NCBI GenBank assembly: GCA_963716725.1
Contig: CAVQUB010000030.1
Coordinates: 1-64,000 of the forward strand
DNA length: 64,000 bases
Direction: 5' to 3'
From: an uncultured delta proteobacterium
GTDB lineage: Bacteria; Myxococcota_A; Polyangia; Polyangiales; Polyangiaceae
In this document: positions 1 through 7,660 of the stretch, piece by piece
How positions within the stretch are numbered: the first letter of the stretch is position 1
How the letters are laid out: each line of letters begins with the position of its first letter
Made by a program: the position numbers and the translations under genes
The notes under the pieces: generated by a model
Database searches by the model: none
Told to the model about the DNA's origin: nothing
Seen by the model: the letters and a program-made list of their open reading frames with translations, nothing else

Positions 1-2
1 AA

Positions 3-836
3 ATCTGCAACACTGCGGGTACGGCCTGCGTCGCGTGCACGGCCGACGGGCACTGCGGTCCGGGGAAGTACTGCACCGCCAATGTGTGCGCGAACTGCAC
101 CACCAACCAGAAGTGCGGACCGGCCTGCGCGGCCTGCGGCACCAACCAACAGTGCACCAGCGGCGCTTGCCAGGTGTGCAAGTCGAACACGGCTTGCGGG
201 GCTGCGTGCTCCGCCTGTGGCGGCACGACGCCGCTCTGCCTCGACCAAGGCACCACGTCCAAGTGCGTCCAGTGCTTGGGCAATGCGGACTGCACCGGCG
301 GGCACATTTGCACCAACAACGCCTGCGTGCCCTCGGGGTGCCCGCCACCCGCCGAAGCCTGCACCAATGGCAACCAGAACCGCGACAAGTGCTCGGGCGC
401 GCGGGTGATCGGCCGAATCGACGCTGGCGACTCTAATGGGTTCAGCATCAACGCCGACACCTGCTACGCCTACAACCGGCTGGACGACAGTGGCAGCTGC
501 TACGACGCCGGCGCGGACCATACCTACCGGATCTACCTGCGCGCTGGCGAGAGCATGGCGGTCACGTTGACGGACTCTTGGGCGTGCCCCACGTACAACA
601 GCTCGTTCTGGGACGCGACGCTGAAGATCTTCTCGAACGCCGGCTGCAACGATCTGCTTTGCACGAGCAGGGACTTCTGTGACGACTACTTCAGCGGAAC
701 CAAGAACTACGTTGCCGCCAAGGACGGTTGGTACATCATCGTCGTCGACGGTAGCACGGCCTTTGACGACGAGGGCGACTACACGCTGAAAGTCAAGCTG
801 ACCTGTGGCGCGCAGGGTTGCGCGTGCACGCCTTGA
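3..836 (+). CDS. Cys-rich secreted/surface protein with C-terminal pre-peptidase (PPC)-like domain, 5'-truncated by window edge
   Basis: Frame is open from position 3 (ICNTAGTACVACTADGHCGPGKYC...); repeated CxxC..C motifs typical of myxobacterial Cys-rich proteins; C-terminal 'GADHTYRIYLRAGE...GWYIIVVDG...GDYTL' resembles a PPC beta-sandwich. Confidence 0.7.
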   Translation: MCNTAGTACVACTADGHCGPGKYCTANVCANCTTNQKCGPACAACGTNQQCTSGACQVCKSNTACGAACSACGGTTPLCLDQGTTSKCVQCLGNADCTGGHICTNNACVPSGCPPPAEACTNGNQNRDKCSGARVIGRIDAGDSNGFSINADTCYAYNRLDDSGSCYDAGADHTYRIYLRAGESMAVTLTDSWACPTYNSSFWDATLKIFSNAGCNDLLCTSRDFCDDYFSGTKNYVAAKDGWYIIVVDGSTAFDDEGDYTLKVKLTCGAQGCACTP

Positions 837-848
837 CGCTCACTCAGA

Positions 849-2177
849 TCACGGTGGTGGGCCGGTCCGCCGGAGCCCCGAAGCACGGACTTGCTGCTCG
901 AGATCGCGAAAGCGATGGGCGAGCGCACGCACCAGCGCACCGGTCCAGCCGTCGACGCCGAGCCCTTCGCTGAGGGTTTCCTTGTCGAGCACGAGCAGGG
1001 TCACCTGGTCGACGGCGATTACGCTGGCGGCCCTCGGTTCGTAGAGCAGGAGCGCCATTTCGCCGAACACGTCCCCGGGCTCCATGGTGGCCAGGGTTTC
1101 TTCCCGGCCATCGACGCTCCGGTAGGCGCGACAGGTGCCGCTGGCGATCATGTACGCCGCGTCGCCCACGTCCCCTTCTCGAATCACGATTTCTCCGGGG
1201 GCGAAACTCTTGGTCGGCAGGTACAGCCCGCCGCGCAGGAACCGCCGTACATCTTCCGCGAGCGCGGCGACGGTCGGGTAGCGGTCCGCCGGTGACGCCG
1301 CCACGGCACGCATCACGACCTGCCGGATGCGTTTTGCCACCGGCAGGCTCCCGAGGGCCGTGTCGATGGGCACCACCTTTCCGGCGAGCGCAAGCTCGAG
1401 GGTCTCCTGAGCCGGTCGCGGCGGTCCGTAGGGCAACCTGCCGCTCACGATCTGATAGAGCACCGCGCCGAGGCCGAACACGTCCGTGCGCTCGTCCATC
1501 TCGTGCGGGTTTCCCCGCGCCTGCTCGGGGGCCATGAAGGGCGGCGTGCCGACCGGACCCTTGGACTCCATCGAGGCACGCGCTCCCGAGGCCGGGACGC
1601 TCTTGGTCAACCGTGCCAGTCCCCAGTCCATCACGTAGACCTGGCCGAAGCTCCCCACCATGACGTTGTCGGGCTTCAGGTCGCGATGCACGACGCCGCG
1701 GTCGTGGGCGTAGGCGATGGCCTCGCAGACCTTCAGGAAGATCTCCAGTCCACCCTCCAGCCGCTCGATCGAGCCCGGCGCCCGACTTCGTAACCACTGG
1801 CTGAGGGACACGCCCTGGACGAGCTTCATGGTGAAGTAGGGCACTCCCTCGGCGCTGGTGCCCAGCTCGTGCACGGGAACGATGTTCGGATGTTCGAGCT
1901 GTCCGGCAATCTGAGCCTCGGCCACGAAGCCCTCACGGTAAAACGGGTGGTTCGCCAGCTCTTTCGACAGACGCTTGAGCGCGACCTTGCGCAGCAAGAA
2001 GCGATCGAAGGCGGGATGGATGCGCCCCGCGACTCCGCGACCGAGCTCCGGTGACAGGAACAGCGCATCCGGCGTCGGGATGCCTTCGCTCACAATCTCC
2101 GCTGGGTCGATCTGATGAGCGCCGCTGACGGGGATGGCTTCGCAAACCTGAACGGGCTGGAGGAGCTCGGTGGTCAT
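849..2177 (-). CDS. Ser/Thr protein kinase with C-terminal cyclic-nucleotide-binding domain
   Basis: Hanks motifs LGRGVAG, VALK, HRDLKPDN, DWG, GTPPFMAPEQ, DVFGLG; C-terminal cNMP domain 'FAPGEIVIREGDVGDAAYMIASG...FGEMALL..PRAASV'; start placed at MTTELLQ (ATG 2177). Confidence 0.9.
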   Translation of the reverse strand: MTTELLQPVQVCEAIPVSGAHQIDPAEIVSEGIPTPDALFLSPELGRGVAGRIHPAFDRFLLRKVALKRLSKELANHPFYREGFVAEAQIAGQLEHPNIVPVHELGTSAEGVPYFTMKLVQGVSLSQWLRSRAPGSIERLEGGLEIFLKVCEAIAYAHDRGVVHRDLKPDNVMVGSFGQVYVMDWGLARLTKSVPASGARASMESKGPVGTPPFMAPEQARGNPHEMDERTDVFGLGAVLYQIVSGRLPYGPPRPAQETLELALAGKVVPIDTALGSLPVAKRIRQVVMRAVAASPADRYPTVAALAEDVRRFLRGGLYLPTKSFAPGEIVIREGDVGDAAYMIASGTCRAYRSVDGREETLATMEPGDVFGEMALLLYEPRAASVIAVDQVTLLVLDKETLSEGLGVDGWTGALVRALAHRFRDLEQQVRASGLRRTGPPP

Positions 2178-2345
2178 GGCCGCGAGGCTACCAGAGCAGC
2201 GCGGAGCGGCTCGCGCCGCGCGTTCAAGCGTGCTCAACCGTCCAGCAGGCCCGACTCCCGAACCGGGAAAGCACCGCTCGCCGCTTTCGATGGGCCGGAC
2301 CCGGGCTCGATGACGGTGGACCTCACACCAGTTATCGTGGCGCCC

Positions 2346-3116
2346 ATGAGCCAATGCGAGCACTGCGGCGCGCCCCTGCAGCGGAATTTCGAGAGCCAAG
2401 CCACCTGTGAGTTCTGCGACCGCGTCAACGCGCCCTTGCAGCGCCAGGTCGAAGTCCCGGTGCCGGTGCAAATAGTCCAGAAGGTGGTGCACGTCGTTGG
2501 GGCCGGCTCCCCGGAGGCGCTGGAGCTGCGCTGCCCGCACTGCCGCAAGCGGTTGGTCAGCGTGGTCGCCAAGGGCGTCGAGCTCGCCGGCTGCGGCGGC
2601 TGCGGCGGGATCTGGATCGACAACCAGAGCGCGCGTCAGGTGCTGAGCACACCGGATGCGGTGTTTGCCGATCTGGCCCGGCGCGCCGGCGGCAACGCGC
2701 GGGATCGCGGCCCTCGCGGGTCGAGGGCGAGCTGTCCGGTGTGCACGGCGGTGCTCGATCGCGTGGTCACGAAGGGCATCGAACTCGACGTCTGCGGCGA
2801 GCACGGCACCTGGTTCGATCCCTTCGAGCTGGCGGCGCTGGTGGACACGCTCGGGGGGCGCACGCCGAGCAGGATGCCGCTCGGTGACACGCGGGCGATT
2901 CACTGTGCGACCTGCAAGACCGAGATCCGCGCCGACCGCGCCAACATCACCGAGGACGGCTTGTGCTGCGAGGCCTGCTGGCGCTCCCAGCAGGCGGTGG
3001 TGATCGCCGATGCGGACCGCCGGGCGCAGGCGTCCGGCGCGATGGCGGTCGGCGGAGTGCTGTTGGGCGTGGCCGCCGTAATGCTGGGCGCCGCGGCGGG
3101 CTCGAAGAGCGCCTGA
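2346..3116 (+). CDS. Multi zinc-ribbon protein (two zf-TFIIB-like domains) with C-terminal transmembrane helix
   Basis: CEHC..CEFC; CPHC..GVELAGCGGCGGIWID; CPVC..GIELDVCGEHGTWFD; CATC..CEAC; hydrophobic C-terminus. Confidence 0.75.
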   Translation: MSQCEHCGAPLQRNFESQATCEFCDRVNAPLQRQVEVPVPVQIVQKVVHVVGAGSPEALELRCPHCRKRLVSVVAKGVELAGCGGCGGIWIDNQSARQVLSTPDAVFADLARRAGGNARDRGPRGSRASCPVCTAVLDRVVTKGIELDVCGEHGTWFDPFELAALVDTLGGRTPSRMPLGDTRAIHCATCKTEIRADRANITEDGLCCEACWRSQQAVVIADADRRAQASGAMAVGGVLLGVAAVMLGAAAGSKSA

Positions 3117-3164
3117 GGCCGGCGGTGTGCCCAGCGTGGAGCCAGGCAGCCTTGGGCCGAGTCC

Positions 3165-4445
3165 TCAGCCCTGTCGCCAGGGCCCCATCGACAAAGGCGC
3201 GTCGGAGCGGTCGGGCAAGGATGGTTCGAGCTCGACCCGGTGTTCTTCGTAGCCGTAGGCGGTGGGCGTGAGCTCGACCAGCGTGTGCAGCGGGATGGGC
3301 ACGTGAGGACACTCCTCTTGCGGGCGCCCGGTGAGGTAGCCATAGAGCGCCCGGATGATGGCTTGGTGAGCGACCACCAAGATGGGCTGTCGCTGCCGCT
3401 CGAGATCCACGATGACGGGCTCGAGGCGCTGGATCACGTCGGCGTAGGACTCGCCACGCGGGTAGCGGTAGCGAAACTTGTCGGAGCCACGCGCACGGAA
3501 CTCGTCGGGCAGATCGCGCTTGATCTCTTCGTAGGTCATGCCGTCGCAGATGCCCGCGTCGATTTCGTCCAAGGCCCTCCGCGCGATGGGTCGGAGCCCG
3601 AGCTGGGTGGCGGTTTGCACCGCCCGCTTGAGGGTGCTGGTCCACACCACCAGCCGCTCGGTCTTGGGTTGTCGAAGCATGTGCGTGGCGAGGCTCCGCG
3701 AGTATGCCATGCCGCGCGCAGAGAGATCGCTGTCGCCGCCGATGCGGTTGGCAGTGTTGAACACGCTCTCGCCGTGTCGGGTGAGCCAGATCTTTCGCCG
3801 TGCTGGGTGGATGTTCATCAAGAAGAACATCAGCCGCGCGCTGAAGTAGCCCGCCATCCGATTGACGACGACCTGCCGCCCCTCGTCGATGATCTTCACA
3901 TAGCCCTTGTCGGGCTCGTTCACTGGTTCGTAGTTGCGCTCGTAAAACGCGATGCGCTGGCGGAAGTCCCGCACGGCTTCTTCGGTGTCGACGTCGGCGT
4001 AGTCGGGTGAGCGGAGTTTGTTCTCGCGCACGTTGCGCTCGACGACGGCTTCGTCCTCGCAAATGCTCTCGACGAACACGACTTGGATGCCAACGGCGTT
4101 GCAGCGTTGCCAGATGGCATCACGGCGAGACTTCTCGATGTTCGTCGCGTCGTAGATGGCGACCTCGCCGCCGCCGATGAGCCAGCCCACTAGATCGTCC
4201 AGCGCGCGGCGGGCGATGGCTTCGCGCACCTCGCTGTTGCTGGCGTCTTCTGGGTCGAAGAAGCTCGCCGGCTGGCGGGCTCCGACCTGCGAGCGCCGGT
4301 ACTCTCCCACGTTGAAGGTGCGGGTGTTGTAGCCGAGCCAGGACAAATAGCGGGCGATCTTCCGGGCGATGTAGGTCTTGCCCCGAGCCGGCAGCCCCAC
4401 CATCACCAGTGCGTGTTTGGGGATCTCGTGGCCTTCGTGCAGCAC
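3165..4445 (-). CDS. Bifunctional 6-phosphofructo-2-kinase / fructose-2,6-bisphosphatase (PFKFB-like)
   Basis: Kinase domain MVGLPARGKT, FNVGEYRR, DATN, ESIC, SPDY; histidine phosphatase domain IWLTRHGES, STLKRA, LDEIDAG, RYPRGESY, VAHQAI. Confidence 0.92.
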   Translation of the reverse strand: MLHEGHEIPKHALVMVGLPARGKTYIARKIARYLSWLGYNTRTFNVGEYRRSQVGARQPASFFDPEDASNSEVREAIARRALDDLVGWLIGGGEVAIYDATNIEKSRRDAIWQRCNAVGIQVVFVESICEDEAVVERNVRENKLRSPDYADVDTEEAVRDFRQRIAFYERNYEPVNEPDKGYVKIIDEGRQVVVNRMAGYFSARLMFFLMNIHPARRKIWLTRHGESVFNTANRIGGDSDLSARGMAYSRSLATHMLRQPKTERLVVWTSTLKRAVQTATQLGLRPIARRALDEIDAGICDGMTYEEIKRDLPDEFRARGSDKFRYRYPRGESYADVIQRLEPVIVDLERQRQPILVVAHQAIIRALYGYLTGRPQEECPHVPIPLHTLVELTPTAYGYEEHRVELEPSLPDRSDAPLSMGPWRQG

Positions 4446-4457
4446 GGCGCAGTCTCT

Positions 4458-4739
4458 CTACTTGGCCCGCTCGTCGCAGCGTGCGAGCTCGGGCTGGCTG
4501 TTGGCAAACTGCACGCACTCGAACTGCGCGCGGGTACCGTGCGACATGCAGCCGTCGACGGTGGTTCGTTGCTGCTTGCTGTTGACGCGCCCGAGCTCCT
4601 TGTCGCGAAGTTCGTTGACGCGGATGGTCATCTGCACGCACTCGGCGCGGCTGAGCTCTCCGGTCGCTTCGCCCGTGTCCGAGCCGATCTTGTCGCAGCC
4701 GACGAGGGCGAACGGCAGCAGGAGTAGGCCGCGATGCAT
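4458..4739 (-). CDS. Small Cys-containing lipoprotein
   Basis: MHRGLLLLPFALVGC lipobox; four further Cys; ends 13 bp upstream of the PFKFB-like gene on the same strand. Confidence 0.6.
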   Translation of the reverse strand: MHRGLLLLPFALVGCDKIGSDTGEATGELSRAECVQMTIRVNELRDKELGRVNSKQQRTTVDGCMSHGTRAQFECVQFANSQPELARCDERAK

Positions 4740-4824
4740 ACACCGATCTTGTCGCCATCCCCTTTGTTCCGTCAACTCGGGGGTTCGGTGGCGATCGGAG
4801 CCCGCCCGTCCTAACCTGTGGTCC

Positions 4825-6060
4825 ATGTACAAGCGCGCCTTCGTCGGGGGGGTGTTCGCATGTGGTCTGTTGGTCCTGGGTTGCGGCGAGGACTCGGAGG
4901 ACGCCGGCCCCGGTAGCGGCGGCGCTACCAATACCGGCGGCTCGGCTGGAGCGGGCGGCTCAGCCGCGGCGGGCGGCTCGGGTGGCACGGCCGGCGTGCC
5001 GAGCAAGGGTGAGCTGGTCACCATCGAGCCTGGGGGCGACACCATCTGCTCGCGTGGGACTCCGTTCCGCTTCTTCGTCGCAGGAGGTGATCCCGAAAAG
5101 ATCGTGATCGACTTCCGAGGGGGCGGAGCCTGCTGGAACGAGATCACCTGCTCGATCTCCGATGCCATCTTCTCCCCCGAAGCCCCCACCGAGATGGAAA
5201 TCGCAGCGGCGCTCGGCGGCGGAGCGAGCGGCATCTATCGCCTCGACGATCCTAAGAACCCAGTGGCCGGTTGGAGCCTCGTACACATCCCGTACTGTAC
5301 CGGCGATATTCACTGGGGAGACGCGGTCAAGGACTATGCGCCCGACCTGAAGATCCACCACAAGGGTTTCGTGAACACCAAGTCGGTGCTCGACTGGGTC
5401 TTCGCCCGTTATCAGCCCAAGGAGGTCTTGATCACCGGCTGCAGCGCGGGCGCTTACGGAGCCATCGGGCACGCGCCCTACGTGGCGGACCAGTACCCGA
5501 ACGCGAAGATCACGGTGATCGCGGACTCCGGTTGCGGCGTCGTCAGCGACTCGTTCTTCAAGGACAGCTTTCCGAACTGGAACGCTCAGATCCCGCAGCA
5601 GGTCCCGGACCTGAAGGGCAAGGACATCACCACGCTCACCATCGTCGACCTGTACGTTGGCATCGGGAAGCACTACCCAAACATGCGCATCGCAGAGCAG
5701 ACCGCGGCCTTCGACAAGGACCAGACCAGCTACTTCCAGGTCATGGGCGGCGACCCGGCGGACTTCACCGGGAAGGTGCAGAAGTCCCTGGCGGACATCA
5801 GCGCAGGGACCCCGAACTTCCGCTACTTTTTGTCGCCGGGGCCGCTGCACTGCCTGCTCCCCTACGCGTCCATGTACGATCGCAAGAGCGAGGGCACGCC
5901 CTACCTCACGTGGATGGACGGGATGCTCAACGGCGCCACCGCGCCGCCCAGCGTGGGCTGCACGGCCACCAGCTGCAAGACGGATCCAGTCTGCGACGCC
6001 TGCAAAGCGGGTTCGGGCTTGCCAGAGTGCAGCTGGTGCGAGGGTTGGACGGGGCAGTAG
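4825..6060 (+). CDS. Pectinacetylesterase/Notum-family alpha/beta hydrolase lipoprotein
   Basis: Lipobox VLGC, Gly-rich linker, CSRGTP, GGGACW, YCTGDIHWG, nucleophile motif GCSAG, ADSG. Confidence 0.85.
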   Translation: MYKRAFVGGVFACGLLVLGCGEDSEDAGPGSGGATNTGGSAGAGGSAAAGGSGGTAGVPSKGELVTIEPGGDTICSRGTPFRFFVAGGDPEKIVIDFRGGGACWNEITCSISDAIFSPEAPTEMEIAAALGGGASGIYRLDDPKNPVAGWSLVHIPYCTGDIHWGDAVKDYAPDLKIHHKGFVNTKSVLDWVFARYQPKEVLITGCSAGAYGAIGHAPYVADQYPNAKITVIADSGCGVVSDSFFKDSFPNWNAQIPQQVPDLKGKDITTLTIVDLYVGIGKHYPNMRIAEQTAAFDKDQTSYFQVMGGDPADFTGKVQKSLADISAGTPNFRYFLSPGPLHCLLPYASMYDRKSEGTPYLTWMDGMLNGATAPPSVGCTATSCKTDPVCDACKAGSGLPECSWCEGWTGQ

Positions 6061-6110
6061 CCGACGGCAGGGCTGGCGCCGGCAGGGCAGTGGTGTAGCC
6101 TGCCGCCGCC

Positions 6111-7016
6111 GTGTACTTCCAAGACCTCATCCTCACCCTTCAGAGCTTCTGGGCGGCGCGCGGCTGCCTGATCGTGCAGCCCTACAACTCCGAGGTCGGC
6201 GCGGGCACCTACAACCCGGCGACCTTCCTGCGCTCGCTGGGCCCGGAGCCCTGGAACGTCGCGTTCGTGGAGCCCTCCCGGCGCCCGACCGATGGTCGCT
6301 ACGGTGAGAACCCGAATCGTCTTCAGCAGTTCCACCAGTTCCAGGTGATCCTGAAGCCGAGCCCGCTCGACCTCCAGGATCTCTACCTCGAGTCGTTGGT
6401 CGCCCTCGGAACCAATCCGCTCGAGCATGACGTGCGCTTCATCGAGGACGACTGGGAGAGTCCGACCTTGGGCGCGTGGGGGCTCGGCTGGCAGGTCTGG
6501 CTGGATGGGCTCGAGATCAGCCAGTTCACTTACTTTCAGCAGTGCGGCGGCTTCGACTGCAAGCCCGTGAGCGGCGAGCTCACCTACGGGCTCGAACGCA
6601 TCGCGATGTACCTCCAAGACGTCGACAATGTGTACGACCTCGCCTTCGACAAGAGCGTGAAGTACGGTGAAATCTACCGGCGCGCCGAGTGGGAGTGGAG
6701 CACGTACAACTTCGAAGAGGCGGACGTTCCCGCCCACTTCGCGACCTTCGACCACGCCGAAGCAGAAGCCAAACGCCTGCTCGACCGCCACGAAGACCCA
6801 CTGAAGAAGCTGGTCTTGCCGGCCTACGATCAGGTCGTGAAGGCCGCGCACGCCTTCAACGTGCTCGATGCCCGGGGAGCCATTGGCGTCACCGAACGTC
6901 AGCGCTACATCCTGAGAGTTCGCACGCTGGCCCGAGCCGTCGCCCAGGGTTGGATGGCGCAGCGCGAAGCGCTGGGTTTTCCGCTACTTCGTGGCGCCCG
7001 TCAGGCGGCGGAGTAG
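6111..7016 (+). CDS. glyQ: Glycine--tRNA ligase alpha subunit
   Basis: [63 protein letters not shown]. Confidence 0.98.
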   Translation: MYFQDLILTLQSFWAARGCLIVQPYNSEVGAGTYNPATFLRSLGPEPWNVAFVEPSRRPTDGRYGENPNRLQQFHQFQVILKPSPLDLQDLYLESLVALGTNPLEHDVRFIEDDWESPTLGAWGLGWQVWLDGLEISQFTYFQQCGGFDCKPVSGELTYGLERIAMYLQDVDNVYDLAFDKSVKYGEIYRRAEWEWSTYNFEEADVPAHFATFDHAEAEAKRLLDRHEDPLKKLVLPAYDQVVKAAHAFNVLDARGAIGVTERQRYILRVRTLARAVAQGWMAQREALGFPLLRGARQAAE

Positions 7017-7044
7017 AAAGCGGCTGCGGTCGTGTTCTGAGGGT

Positions 7045-7614
7045 TCAGCGCTTCGGCGCCGGGCGGTCGAGCCCCTGATGCTTCATGGCCTCGAGCACCC
7101 TGAGCACTTCTTGGACGTGTACCGCCGGGTCCACCTCCGGAAAGATCCGGCGGATGATGCCCTCGGCGTCGATGATGAACGTGGTGCGCGCGGCGTAGCC
7201 TTTGGCGTTGCGGGTCACGCCGTAGGCCTCCAGTACGCGGCCTTCGGCGTCGCTCAGCAGTGGGAATGGGAGCGCGTGCTGTCGCTTGAAGGCCGCGTGG
7301 GACTCCACGCTGTCGAGGGACACTCCGAGCACTTGGGCGCCGGTGGCCGACAATCGCTGCCATTCATCGCGGAATGCACAGGCCTCGCGCGTGCAGCCCG
7401 GCGTTCCGTCCTTCGGGTAGAAGTAGAGCACCACCGGGCGACCGCGGAACTCGGCGAGTGAGCGCAGCGTGCCGGTCTCGTCCGGCGCTGAGAAACCGGG
7501 CGCTGCCGTGATGGGCTCGAGTCGCTGTGGCCCAGCCCCGCCCGACTGCTTCGGACCGCAGGCGGGGGCGAGCGCTACCGCGATTGCGAGGACCCACGCC
7601 GGCGAAGTGGCCAT
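7045..7614 (-). CDS. bcp: Peroxiredoxin, BCP/PrxQ family, with putative lipoprotein signal
   Basis: VVLYFYPKDGTPGCTREACAFRD; FPLLSD; RTTFIID; N-terminal VLAIAVALAPAC. Confidence 0.88.
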   Translation of the reverse strand: MATSPAWVLAIAVALAPACGPKQSGGAGPQRLEPITAAPGFSAPDETGTLRSLAEFRGRPVVLYFYPKDGTPGCTREACAFRDEWQRLSATGAQVLGVSLDSVESHAAFKRQHALPFPLLSDAEGRVLEAYGVTRNAKGYAARTTFIIDAEGIIRRIFPEVDPAVHVQEVLRVLEAMKHQGLDRPAPKR

Positions 7615-7660
7615 GGGCCGGTGGTAGTGCTCCTTGCGTCGCAGGGCAAGTGCCGCTCGA

